A stretch of 51,898 bases of DNA, filler included, from Dimargaris cristalligena (lineage: Eukaryota), in NCBI GenBank assembly GCA_003614675.1. It is 3 parts of 3 records of this genome, joined end to end, with 100 filler letters (N's around TTAATTAATTAA, not from the genome) between each part and the next. Parts side by side here need not be neighbours in the genome. Positions count along the whole stretch, not along the records: positions 17,335 to 34,566 come from ML002814.1; positions 34,667 to 51,898 come from ML002815.1; 1 more part is not named here. One strand, written 5' to 3'. The first letter of the stretch is position 1. The number at the start of each line of letters is the position of its first letter. Positions 31,724-44,228 of this stretch are shown here, piece after piece. The notes below the pieces were generated by a model. The model saw nothing but the letters and a program-made list of their open reading frames with translations. It ran no database searches and was not told the origin of the DNA. The translations under genes and the position numbers were made by a program.

Positions 31724-32638
31724 TTCTTTGCAAGGATTCCAAGGCCTATACGAATTCACTAGTGGCCCATGTTGCAGGCGAGATTTTCGGGATTAGAAAT
31801 TGGTTGAATGTGAAACGCCACAGTGCCGTAGACTACTCGAAGACAATAGATAGGCGCCTAGGTTCAAGACCCATCTACTCGGGTGCACCTTTCATGTATC
31901 AAATGGCTATTGGAATACATTTAAGCGGGGAAGAAATGGGTATAAATACCCTTGAGTTCGCCCCCCTCCAGTGATTCTTTAATATACTGTCCTGTATCCC
32001 ACATCCACCGAAGCGTAGCATCTGGTCTGTTCCTTCACTTAGTTTCCATTTTCCCCCTATCCCATTCACCTTACTGTGTCTGTCTCGGTGGCTAATATCC
32101 AACCCTAGTTTTGTCGTCCGCTAGTTTCTACTACAATTAATCTTTTAGTAATCTTCTCCGCAGTCCCCTTACTTGCCCGTCCCCATTCCGAATTTCTGAT
32201 ACTCTCTAAAGCCGTGCTTTTTGGATATCATATTCCCCCCCTGATCTTTACTATCATTAGTCGTACGAATCTAATTCGCTCATTTATCAGTTAAAATAAC
32301 TTGGCTTAGAGCTGATTTCTATCAATTTTTTTGCTAACCAGAATTAATTAACTGTTTGGGTCTTCATTCCTAGTCGTATCCTTCCTAACCAACTTTTCTA
32401 CTCACAATTTCCATACCCACACCATTACATTTTGTTATACCGGTTATAACGAGTTCAGGATTCCAAGCTTAATCTACGCCATATTTTCCAATTACCCAGT
32501 TACTTATTTTCAGCCTTTTCAATCTACTCCGGCAGTTGTTTTGAACAATCTTATTCTACGTCCTTGACATAACCCTATACCTTTTTTCTAAATCCCCACC
32601 TAGTTACCCCACTTAATACTCCACTTGCCACTCTAATC

Positions 32639-33703
32639 ATGCAGTTCAAATCTGTCATCACGATCGCCACCCTGGCCATGGCCAGCTCCATGGTCAATGC
32701 CCATGAGTACATCTCCAGCCACTGCATTCGCGGTAGTCCCGATGCCCAGTGCCAGGGCAAGACCGGTACCCCCGATTACGATAGTGCCTCCCCCATTGCC
32801 TCGTTCGGTGTCGCTTCCATGCCCCTCTGCCGTTACCCCAAGGGCCAGACCGTGTCCACCTTCAAGGCCGGTGAGACCGTGAAACTGGAGATGAAATACA
32901 ATGCCCCGCACAAGGGTGGCCATTGTGAAGTGTCCATCTCCCTCGACGACAAGGATTTCGTTTCCATTCGCACTAAGACGATGACCTGTATGGTGGATGT
33001 CGAAGGTCTTTCCTTGTCTGCTGTCATCCCCGCGAATGCCCCTACTCTCCCCAAGGCCACGATGGCCTGGACCTGGATTAACGCCGAGGGCAACCGTGAG
33101 TTCTACATGAACTGTATCGATATTTCCATTGAAGGTGTCGCCGGTGGTTCCATTGTGGGCCCCCCCACGGTTTTCGCCAACTACCCCGTCGATGGCCCCC
33201 CCGTCATGATTGGTCAGTTTGCCTGGGGTGCCGACCCCCGTCTGGACCTGTACAACGACCGTCCCCAGGTTACCCTGACCCCCAATGGCGTGTCCAGCGG
33301 AGGCGCCGCTTCCGTCACCCCCGTGGTTTCTCCTACTACCACAGCCGCTAGCTCGACCCCGACCGATTCCCCGGCCCCCACCACCCCCGCCGGTTCTACC
33401 TCCAGTTCCGAAGTCGCCCCTCCCGCTGTCACTGAAAACACTCCCGTCTCTAACACCGACGTGACTCCCCCGGCCGCCACCACCACTCCGGGCTATGCCG
33501 CTACCCTGTCCCCTCCCGCCGTTACCGAAACCACCCCCGTTTCCAACACCGATGTCACCCCGGTCGCCACCACCACCCCCGCCTACGACGCTACCCTGTC
33601 CCCTCCCGCCGTTACCGAAACCACCCCCGTTTCCAACACCGACGTGACCCCCCCTGCCCCCACTACCACTAGCAGCCTCCCCAAGTGCCCTCCCCGTGCC
33701 TAG
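32639..33703 (+). CDS. Secreted lytic polysaccharide monooxygenase, AA11-like, with a T/P-rich tandem-repeat tail
   Basis: Signal peptide ends VNA|H, giving an N-terminal His (32702). Second His in APHKGGHCEVSIS. AA11 signature AWTWINAEGNREFYMNCIDI. Three ~30-aa repeats PPAVTExTPVSNTDVTP at about 33418-33660. Confidence 0.88.
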   Translation: MQFKSVITIATLAMASSMVNAHEYISSHCIRGSPDAQCQGKTGTPDYDSASPIASFGVASMPLCRYPKGQTVSTFKAGETVKLEMKYNAPHKGGHCEVSISLDDKDFVSIRTKTMTCMVDVEGLSLSAVIPANAPTLPKATMAWTWINAEGNREFYMNCIDISIEGVAGGSIVGPPTVFANYPVDGPPVMIGQFAWGADPRLDLYNDRPQVTLTPNGVSSGGAASVTPVVSPTTTAASSTPTDSPAPTTPAGSTSSSEVAPPAVTENTPVSNTDVTPPAATTTPGYAATLSPPAVTETTPVSNTDVTPVATTTPAYDATLSPPAVTETTPVSNTDVTPPAPTTTSSLPKCPPRA

Positions 33704-34566
33704 GCTACCACTTAGATGACCCTTCCCCCTACCTCGCATTTCGCCCCCACCCTCACGTTTATGACCCCAATAGAGACCATCATCCGCCGTCCACTGTAAT
33801 GATGATCTAGCCACATTGCTAGGATCATGTTGCTTGGGTCGACCTACTCATTATGACCATTCCCTTATTATCGCTTTCTATTGCAAACCATGCGTTTTAA
33901 GTTGTTACTGCATCATTAGATCCATTATTGGTGAGCTTAATCCTTCTATATCAGCTGAGTTCCATCTGCCAGCTTGTCTAATCCTAAATGAACAATATTT
34001 TACCCCCAAGTTTGGTAGCAAGAGTATTCATTAACTAGCGAATGACTATCGAGATTTAGGTACGCTGGTCAATGGTGCGATATTGGGAATGAAACGCAGT
34101 TAAGTTTGACATTTTCTGCAGTATAAAATTCGTATGGTTGGTACTGGATTATGCAAATAATGTCTTGCTCTATACTCATTAAATGTATTCAGCAGATATT
34201 TAATTAATTTGAGCTGTTCCCTTCCCGCTTTGCCAGCATTAGCTATCGACCCCAATTGACCTGATTTACTTCTAGTTTCTAGCGTACAAGCAGTGTGGTA
34301 TTGTTATGAGTCATATACGATATCAGCTGGAATTCGTCATTTAGGTTTATTACATGAGAATTTTCTAGACATCTCATGAATTGAATTGAAACCAAATGGT
34401 AAGTGGCTCTATATGACTAGCGGAGGCAACAACTTGGCCAATGAAACTGAGTATCAAAGTCAAAAAACCAACCGGAGACCTAGTAAATTGGGAATATAGG
34501 AATATGATGGATGTTGTGGTCACAATTAATACCACAGGGTAATATAGCCTGATAACCTTATCAGGG

Positions 34567-34666
34567 NNNNNNNNNNNNNNNNNNNNNNNNNNNNNNNNNN
34601 NNNNNNNNNNTTAATTAATTAANNNNNNNNNNNNNNNNNNNNNNNNNNNNNNNNNNNNNNNNNNNN
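34567..34666. other. Artificial contig linker (N44-TTAATTAATTAA-N44)
   Basis: Identical 100-nt structure to 17235-17334. Confidence 0.97.
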
Positions 34667-35453
34667 GGGCGGAAATTAAGTTTTGGTCAAAGGGCCGGGA
34701 ACCCGGTTGGTTGGGTAGCTATGGGAGGTGAGAGAGTGGTAAGGTGGGTAAACTGAACAACCGAAGGATATCTAGCTCGCTACTAAAAAGGGGAATCCGG
34801 AATGGGTCTGTGTGGTTGAATGAGGCTCGAATAGTACAGAAGTGTTGGAAGTGATGGTAAGGTAGTATATAGTATTCCGGACAATATGTGGAGATGAGGG
34901 GAGGGGTTAGAAGACGTATATTGTGATACCTGAAGGGACTTCTTCCACCTTTCTCATGGGCAGAAGTGAGCACTACTATTGTATTAGAAATTGGGGCAAA
35001 GGCAGCCAACAGACATTGGTTATCCAATAGCCTGGAAGCCACCGTAAGCCGCAGCAACTAGATTCGGTTTACCAGTGTATAAAGGACCAACCGGATGTCC
35101 TGCCTGAACTTGTTACAGCGTGCGACTACTACCATTGACTGACTTCAGCCATTAAAATTACTCCTATTTTTGACACTTACAGATAGACTTACATTGCACG
35201 AGGTATTATGTACTAGTTTGTCCAACAACATATATTTAGTTATTAATGATGGGGAACTGGTTCAAAGTAGATAAATATGAAACTAAACATACTACATGCT
35301 GTGATTTACAATAATAAAAAAACTGGAAGGAAGAGAGTGCTAATGGTACGAGGCAATCGCCTTAAATAATATGAAAAAAAGCCAAGCAGTCCGGCTACAT
35401 ATCTTGTTTCAACTGAGCTAACTGCCTACCCAATGAAAGCACCTGGGTCTAGA

Positions 35454-38339
35454 TTAAAAGACGCAAACCACCGATAGAGTCTTAGGGTCGTCGATCACAC
35501 AAATCGGGAGATAGTCGGAATCGACCGTGGCAGATGGGTCGGGGGGAGGGATATGGGAAGAGAACTGCCGCTTGGCATGGGGCTGCGGGATGTTAGCCAT
35601 CTGGTTGCGGGCCGCCTTTTCGGCGGATTGCCGGTGCCGGTCTTTGCGTTGGCGGCGACTGTTGTTGCGTCGGGACATCCTCATCAATGCCGCATGACCA
35701 CTTCCTTCGGCCGGCCCGTCGTCCTCATCCTCATCCTCATCATCGTTCTCGACATCAAACGGTACGCCGACCACCATTTCTTCATCCCCGTCTTGGGCCG
35801 CGCGGGTAGGAACGATCAGAGCTTGGGTGATGGTGACGGTGGAACGGAGTTTGGCCGCGGAGTCGGTAGTGGGAGTTGGGCCGGTCCGACTTCCGGAGCC
35901 CGTGGTCTGGCTGACTTGCTGGGTTTGGGCAATTCCGTTTGTGGTGGTGGTTGGGGTGGGGGTGAGGCTCAGCTCCTGTTTCCCACGCAAGCGAGTGGCC
36001 ACCAGTTTCTGCCACACGGCCATGCCGAATTTTTCGGGATCTACCGTCTCGGCTTGTGCATCAGCAGGTTGTTCACGACCAAACAGTTTACCAAGGTTCA
36101 TTTTTTCGCCGCTGGCATCGTCATCATCATCATCATCATCGTCAGCGTCACCGACAATATCCTTGTTGCCGGAGTGTTTCGTGCCCCCAGTCATAATTTG
36201 TTTAAGGGCGCTGGCGCGCGCGTTATCCTTTAAGGCGGAAATGGACTTGGAGTCGGAGTTTATAGTGGGGGCTTGGACTGACTCGTTTCCAGTGGTTAGG
36301 GCAGGTGTATGGTTACGATCTTGGTTTTCGCGCATACGAGTGGACGCCAGTTTCCGCCATTCAGCCATGCCAAATTTCTCGAAATTGGCAGGGTCGACTT
36401 GTTCATCGCCGGGCTGTTCACGACCAAACAACTTGCCAAGGTTCATTTTATCACCACCATTGTCATAATCATCATCATCATCATCGTCGTCGCCGGTGAT
36501 GCCCTTGTTGGCCGAGCGGTTCTGGTTCATGTTCAGGATTTGCTTGAGGGCACCGGCACGAGCGTGTTCCTTGAAGTCGGAAATGGTTTTAGACTCGGGG
36601 TCGGTAGTGGGGGTTGGGTCGCTTCGACTTCCGGAGACGGTGGATTGGGTGACCTGCAGGGCCTGGGCAACCTGGTTTACGGCGGTTGGGGTAGGTGTTT
36701 GACCACGTCCCTGATTTTCACGTAAACGAGTAGCTGCAAGTTTCCCCCATTTAGCCATGCCAAATTTCTCAAAGTTGGCAGGGTCGATTTGTTCATCGCC
36801 GGGCTGTTCACGGCCGAACAGCTTACCAAGGTGCATTTTATCGCCACCGGCTTCATCGTCGTCATCATCATCATCATCATCATCGGCGTCACCAACAATA
36901 TCCTTGTTGCCGGAATGTTTCGAGCCCCCGGTCATAATTTGCTTAAGGGCGCTGGCGCGAGCGTTATCCTTTAAGGCGGAAATGGAATTAGACCCAGAAT
37001 TTGGGGGGGAGGCTTGGACATTATCGTTCCCGGTACCGGGAATAGGCGTGGAGGTACGATCTTGGTGTTCACGCATGCGAGTAGCGGCCAGTTTCCCCCA
37101 TTCGGCCATACCGAATTTCTCGAAATTGGCGGGGTCGACTGGTTCATCAACAGGCTGATCGCGACCGAACAGCTTGCCAAGGTTCATCTTATTATCACCA
37201 TCGTCATCATCGTCGTCGTCATCGTCCCCGGTGATATCCTTGTTGGCGGAGTGGTTTGGGCCCCCGCTCATAATTTGTTTGAGGACGCTGGCGCGAGCGT
37301 TGTCCTTAAGGCCGGAAATAGTTTTAGACCTGGGGTCTGTAGTAGGGGCCTGGACTTTGTCGTTCCCGGTAGTTAGGACAGGTGTTTGGTTACGGTCTTG
37401 ATGTTCACGCATGCGAGTCGACGCCAATTTCCGCCATTCGCCCATGCCAAATTTTTCAAAGTTGGCGGGGTCAACTTGTTCACGACCGAACAGCTTGCCA
37501 AGGTTCATTTTATTCCCGCCATCGTCATCATCGCTATCATCGTCGTCGTCATCGTCGCCGGTGATATCCTTGTTGGCGGGATGGCCCTGGTTCATGTTTA
37601 GGATTTTTTTGAGGGCGCCAGCACGAGCGCGATCCTTCAAGTCGGCAATGGTTTTGGACTGGGAATCATTAGTAGGAGCTGGGGCTACCGGACTTCTGGA
37701 ACTCGTGGGCTGGGCGGCGACCTCAAGGGCTTGGGCAGCCTCGGTTCCAGTGGTTAGGGCAGGTGTCTGGCTACGTTCCCGACTCTCACGCAGACGAGTG
37801 GACGCTAGTTTCCGCCACTCCGCCATACCAAACTTTTCGAAGTTGGCGGGGTCGACCTGTTCACGACCGAACAGCTTGCCAAGGTCCAGTTTACCACCAC
37901 CACTATCGTTATCATTGTCATCATCACCATCGTCGTCGTCGTCAGCGTCGCCGACTATATCCTTGTTGGCGGATGGCCCTTGGTTACCGGCCGGAAATTG
38001 TTTGAGGGCGCTGTCGCGGACGCGATCCCGGAATACTTCCGCATACTGATCGAGCATGGCATTCGCATTCGGTGCTTCATTGAGGGACGCCGCCGGATCG
38101 ACTTTCACTTGGTTAGGTGTCTTGGCCGGACGGGTTTTATCCTTGGGCATAGGTGGGTTGATGGAGACGAGATCGGTTTGGTGCGGACCCGCCCCTCCTA
38201 AGGGATCCAGGTGCATGGCGTCGCTATTGATGAGACTGGGGGCATCGGGCGCCGTATTAATCAGAGACCCGATGGGCGCTTCGGCCACCGTGGCGCTAAT
38301 GGACAGCGCAAGGGCAAAAAGAGTGATGCTGATCTTCAT
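35454..38339 (-). CDS. Secreted 961-aa protein with six ~110-135-aa repeats (poly-Asp plus conserved helical motifs); function unknown
   Basis: ATG at 38339 and signal peptide [21 protein letters not shown]. Six copies of ARAxALKQI..NKDIxGD(D)n..[32 protein letters not shown]. Single exon with an intact frame. Confidence 0.88.
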
Positions 38340-40269
38340 CTTGGCACCGGGATCTTTCAAAAAAAAAATCGGTAAATAAAATAAAGACTGTATAAAATTG
38401 GGTAGGGGAGACTTGGCGGTTGAAAAAAGTCTAGATGTATATAGATCGATGCTATTAAGAGACTATGGTCGTCAAAAATATAAAATTGTGTTAAAAAGGC
38501 GAGCAAGGTGGAGTAGAGCCACTTATGGATATTGGTCAGTACAGGTAATAAAGGCACAATGCAATTATAAGTGGGGGAACAAGGGGCTGCTAGTATGATA
38601 TAATAAAACAAAGGATATACTATCCACTGAATCTGAAGTCAAGTGCTGACAGCTCAAGGTTATATTTTACCAAAGGCGGGCTGTTCCATATTTAAATACG
38701 AAGGGAGGAGGGTAACAGTGGGCCAATTGAGGGATTCCATACCGATGGATTTAGGGACCTGAAGAGAGCAGAACGTGAAGCGGTAACTAACCGGCGGGAA
38801 AGGAGACCCTAACTCGAATGAATGGGAAGGGGCCGCGCCAGTTGCCGGATGGGCTTGTTGCCGTACCAGCTCGGCCTTAAGTGGTTTTAGGATTAAAGCA
38901 TGGAATAGTTCAGGTATCGCCAGGGCATACTGTGAAGGCCTACGGGGACCCTGATCTACTAGGGCAGGTTTAGTGAGTAAAGGTCTATCACTGTTGACTA
39001 ATTGCAAGGAGAAATACTTAGGGGCCTCTACGGACACAGTCACCGAAGGTGCACACGGCGAAGGAGAATTCCGTTCAGGGTAAACGGGTATGGTCAAGGC
39101 CCAAGCCAATATCAGTAAGGGGTATCTACTGTTAGGGGGCATTATGCGTGAAAGACGCAACTGTGCACGCGTAGGTTTGTAACTGGTTAGCGTAATTGGT
39201 CTCTATTCACTATCTGAAATGACTGTGATTCGAAAGCCCTTGGGTTACTGAGTGGCATTTATTGAATAATTTAGTATCCAGTCATGTCTCTTTCAGCTAT
39301 CCACACTCTCTCACCCCTTCAAATCAAAACAATTCCAATGGGTTGAATTGTAGTTGTGTGGTTAAGGTGTCAGCTGTGTACGACTCGGGTAGGGTTAGTG
39401 CCGCCCTTCTTCCCACCTGGCAGGGGTTTCTCATCGGAACTATCGATATTTTAACCTGTGCTGTCTTTTTTACATTATCATTATCATTATTATTGCCGTT
39501 GTCAGTCCCACTTCTAGATTATAATGTGAAAGACGGTATTGGTGCTTAGGGCAGGGGCATCTCGTAAGTGTAGCGATAGTTGGATGTCTGAAGGGCATGT
39601 TTTGTTTGTAAGCATGATATACATGCAATTCACAGTCGAAAAGTACAAGTTTTTGTTATCAAATCCTTATCTAAGGGCTAAATGGTGGATATAAATATCC
39701 CTACTTTTTTTGGATTAGTACGTTGTACGAATATGTCTACTTGTTAAATCAATAACTTATCAGCCCATCAATATAAAGCCCCAGGGGGATAGCGTGAATT
39801 AAATACCAATTTTTTACATTGTAATAACTTTAGAGACTTTTGAACCTTAAAATGATTGAAATAGTCAGACGGATTTGGGGATAATTCGACAATATATATA
39901 TAATTAAAAAATCTAAAATACTATGCTTGCCATCAAGTCACCCGGGATCTAGCCAAACAGTTTGAAATATAAACCCATCCCATACGTTTGGTTTAACACA
40001 TATTGTATATGCTAGACATTTTCATAATTTAGCCAGCGTACTACGGTATATCGTTGGTTTCCCTATAATTACAGCACTGTCCAATTTGATTTGGTATGCC
40101 GTTTAGAATCTAGCAACCAACTGGATCATAGATAGTCAATTCATTAAGAAGATTGAATACAGATATAAGTATAGGTAAAGTATAGCGACAGTGCGAGTGT
40201 AATAATGGGGACAGTGGTAAAAACAGATATTGGCAATAGTCAAAACAAGCCGGACTACATCAGTATGAC

Positions 40270-41686
40270 TTATTCCCGGCGAAGGTTGTCTAGCCGAGCC
40301 TGTAGCGCGGCATCCGATCCCACCATCTCGGCTTCGGCGGTTCGTTCCTGGGCTCCCACTCCAGTTGGTGCGGCTAGCGAATTCGGGGTGTCGGCAAGCT
40401 GCCAAATAATGAATTATGTTTTCGATGTTATGCATTATTAATGTTAGTAGGGATATGAGGGGGGGGGCAGTTTCCCACTTCGGGAAAAGGGATGTGGGGT
40501 CAATGTAATACCACCTCGCCGAGTGAGAGAGCATTAGAGGGTTAGTCTAACATCCGGGGCTAAAGGTATTGGTGGTAGGGGTAGTTTTCAGGTTATGGCC
40601 AGATAAATAGGCGATAAAGAATCACTCTCATTACTTACCGATTGATTAACGGAAATACCAATTTCATCAAGCACTTGGCTAACAACGGCCTCCGATTCTT
40701 CCTCGTCGTCACCCATGTCGTCTTCCATTACATCATCGATGGTGTCGTTCATGATTTCGCCCTTCATATCCATCATTTCCGACTCCTTCTCAAACTCCAT
40801 CATGATTTTTTGGAGGCCCGGTAGGTTCATTTGGCCGTTCATCGATTTCATGGCCTGTCGTTGGAGATATGGTGTATTAGGATAATGCGTAGTATTAGAT
40901 AATTAGAATTGCTGTAAGGGGCTGGCTAGGTGCACCTAATAGCGGGTAGCGTAGATAAGCGTGGCCTAGTGAGAGCTATATAGCTGGTAAATACGCAACG
41001 GTCCAGTACTACACCAATGTGCCTCGTGGAAGCAAAGGCCATTGATTTAGTATCGGCAACCTCCTTAATGATTTTGAATAAAACCGACTTACCTTTGTTG
41101 CACCCCGCATGGCCTCCCCCATTTGCTGATTTGAGCGGAGGGCCTATTGAAGCGCAAAATCCAATGCGGGTGGGACATGTCCGAACATAGTTTAAATACC
41201 AAGGGATAGAGAGGTTAGTCCATCATTAAAACCACACATTGAATGGTTCTGGGATAAAGTGATAAGTATAATATAATCTATTGGAGATGGTAATATACCT
41301 CAGGGATTGGTCAGCAATCAGCGCCTCACCAACCGATTGGGAATGCGCCAATGCAAAGGGTGCTTTGTCAACAGACACATGGGTGGGGTCTGTATCCCCC
41401 TATACTTTACCTGAATCCGGAGCGCCACGGCTTGGAGTTGGGTGCGCATTTGGTAAAACTTCTGTACATATTTGCGGGTGCGAACCAAGTCACGGGCCAT
41501 GATTTTAACGGCGCCCATCTGGTTGTTTCGGGCGGTCTTTTTAATGTCAGCGATGAGCTTCTTCTCCTGCTGTTCGAGTTTCACGCGCTCACGGTCCAAT
41601 TCCCGCACGGCCTTGTTCAGCGACCGCTGATGTATGCGCATTTGCTCAGCGGGAGACTTGCGTTTACCGAAGAAAAGGTCTAACAT
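40270..41686 (-). CDS. VPS2: ESCRT-III subunit Vps2/Did4 (CHMP2A), 223 aa; exons 41686-41411, 41143-41093, 40854-40639, 40398-40270
   Basis: Reads 'FFGKRKSPAEQMRIHQRSLNKAVRELDRER...QEKKLIADIKK...MARDLVRTR', 'MNLPGLQKIMMEFEKESEMMDMK' and the C-terminal MIM1 'LQARLDNLRRE'. Introns keep frame. Confidence 0.95.
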
Positions 41687-42737
41687 GGCGAATGCAAGAA
41701 ACCAGAATACTAGGAAATAATATATAGAGACAATGTGTATAGATGGGGAATGTATGGGGGCAATGGAGGATAAGGTGCAAACAAAGGACCATGTAATTAA
41801 ATACTGGGGTGAGTGGAAGGGAGTGGGGGGGGTCACGATGAGATAGATGGGAATGGTATTCTAGAAACAGTTAGATAAGAACGCCTCTTCGAGTAAAGAG
41901 CTGCCGTTAAGTCCGTCCAAGGGTTTGCTTCCTTACACCTGGCTAGACATCGCCAATATACTTACTTGGCCTCCACCATTGGGGTTTTCAATACCCATTA
42001 GTTATAGCTTGGTAGTATTTCTACGTTGGCATTAGATTAGGATGGTGCCCCAAATTGAATACCATTAATATGGTTCTTACATTTTCGGGGGCTTGGCATG
42101 CGGCACTGTGGGCTGCCAAGCCGTTCAGATTACCAAATTCTAGATGCGACTATAACTATCTGATGATACATGGGCATTTGATTTGTAGTATTCCAGGACA
42201 CCGCTTGTATAAATTATACTATAGCTTGGGCCAACCTGTGTTTTATAGTTCCTATTTAGAAATTATAATATAGTATGATACTCTTGCGCTGCCATACCTC
42301 ATAATAAATATACAACCTAACTAAACGGGCCTTCAGTCTCAAACCCTTTTACCAGCCCGGCAGGTTGGGCATACCTAGAAAATCAAATGGTAAGGTTGTT
42401 AAGGGTATTTAAGGAGGGGGGTATATATATCACCCGCACCATTCCAGGTATACTATCCGGGACATTCAAGACAGCCAGTGATCCTACTAAACAAATAGAC
42501 CAAAGGGGCGGGTATATTTTTAGAGTGGGCTAGTTTTTCGTGGGCGTTTCTTCTTGCCCAGCCAGCCCGTATTGCTGCGGCTTTTCTACTCACCATTCTC
42601 ATTTCAGCAGGTAATTGTATTAACCCAGTCTGTGTTTCATGGTCCGCTGTTTTTGATTCCCTTCTCTTTTACCAATACTTTCTATAGTTTAACCCTTCGT
42701 CGATTCAAACATCTGTTGTACACCCTCTACACTAATA

Positions 42738-43367
42738 ATGTCCCTTCTCAACCGCGCCCGCTTGACAACATTGGGTCGTTCGTGCTCGATTCGATCGGAC
42801 ACGCCCTCACGGACAGTGTCTGCTCGACTCTCTGCTATCTCCTACCCAGCTGCTCAATCCGCTTCCCTGTTCCGCCCTACTCCCACAGTCCGCCAAGCGC
42901 TGATTGCTAACCCAACACTAGCCCGCTGGTTCTCCATTTGCCCTTCACTTTATAAAGAAACCGGCCCCACCCAACAACCCCCTTCCACCGCCGCTGTTGC
43001 CACCAACACCGGTTCCACGGACCCCCAGGGCGAAGAGTCGCCTGCGCGTCTATTTATCCGATTTGTTTGCAAAGTATGCAACACCCCCACCCAGAAACTC
43101 ATCTCCAAGCAGGCGTATACCGACGGAGTGGTACTAATCCAGTGCAGCTCGTGTAAAAATCGGCACCTAATCGCCGACAACAAGGGTTGGTTCCGGGACC
43201 AGCGGGTCAACGTCGAGGATCTAATGAAGGAAAAGGGCGAGGCCGTACGTACGCGGCCGGATACTCCCCAAGAACTCCAGGGGGTTACAGAATGGGTGGC
43301 TCAAGAAACCCAACGACGAGATGATGATAAGAAAAGTCCACCATCGTCGGATGTCCGAAATTCTTAA
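42738..43367 (+). CDS. ZIM17: Mitochondrial DNL zinc-finger chaperone Zim17/Tim15/Hep1
   Basis: R/S-rich presequence, then 'FVCKVCNT...ISKQAYTDGVVLIQCSSCKNRHLIADNKGWF' (zf-DNL). Confidence 0.92.
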   Translation: MSLLNRARLTTLGRSCSIRSDTPSRTVSARLSAISYPAAQSASLFRPTPTVRQALIANPTLARWFSICPSLYKETGPTQQPPSTAAVATNTGSTDPQGEESPARLFIRFVCKVCNTPTQKLISKQAYTDGVVLIQCSSCKNRHLIADNKGWFRDQRVNVEDLMKEKGEAVRTRPDTPQELQGVTEWVAQETQRRDDDKKSPPSSDVRNS

Positions 43368-44042
43368 TCACTAAACTATGTATTTCTTCACTGTTCGTTT
43401 ATTTATGCCCCTTTTAGTTTGTTGTTCGTTCGTTAATCATGTCTGTACTTAAATGATCCGTACGTCTTCTGTGAGAACGGCCTTATTATTGTATTCCAAT
43501 ATCTAGGGATCAATGAATTTGGTACTAAGGTCTTGGGAAGGTGGCTTTGGATGATAGAGAGGGTTCGGTTAAATGTGACCTCCACGGTGTTTTATGCCTC
43601 CAGGGTAGTATAAGGACATAGTAATTTTCTACTGGCTCTGCTGCTCTGAATCCCTGTTGCAGTCGGCTCCGTAATAGCCAAGATAGCCTGGGCCCGAACG
43701 CTGAGAGAGCCTAAGAAATTTAAGCTGTAAATGTCACTTCCATTCTAGATAGGCCTTGGTCTTTGATCCATATATATGGGGCGTCATTTAGCGCAAACCC
43801 ACCACACACTTGCTGAGCTCCTCCTCTTGGTCTCCAATAAGTGGGAAATATAGGTCATTTTGATGTTGCATTGGCTGCTAATCCGTTGAAGGAAGCTGGT
43901 ATTGGGCCGTGACTTGAAATACTAGCCAATAGAGCCAGGGTATCACGCCTTCTCAGCCCCAGCCCTTAATGGACTACATCATAGGGTGAGAGAAGGAGTG
44001 AACTTCGTTGCCCACCAAGAAGCACACCACTTCACTCCATAG

Positions 44043-44048
44043 TGACTC
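44043..44048 (+). promoter_or_regulatory. Possible Gcn4/CpcA element TGACTC upstream of HOM6
   Basis: TGACTC about 180 bp upstream of the ATG of an amino-acid biosynthesis gene. The motif is short and could be chance. Confidence 0.35.
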
Positions 44049-44228
44049 CTTTGTTTCTGAACGACTAGTCCCCCCCTCATATACCCCTCGTTCTCCCTTT
44101 AAACCACCTGTTGAACCCGTTCTCTTCCCTGACCCTGCCGCATTTTCTCATACATTCCTAATCCTCCACTGAGTTTCACTCTCCTACTCGTTCACCCCTC
44201 ACCCAAAACACCCTTCTACTTCTCCACC

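Noticed and set aside
32633-33814. 393-aa Gly-rich minus-strand ORF
   Set aside because: Antisense shadow of the LPMO gene caused by its C-ending codon bias and T/P repeats.
35900-38020. Regularly spaced DNA repeats as a CRISPR-like array
   Set aside because: The repeats are in-frame coding units with synonymous variation inside one eukaryotic ORF. There are no unique spacers and no cas genes.
38660-39160. 166-aa ORF upstream of the repeat-protein gene
   Set aside because: Non-ATG start, no codon bias or motifs; probably promoter or intergenic DNA.
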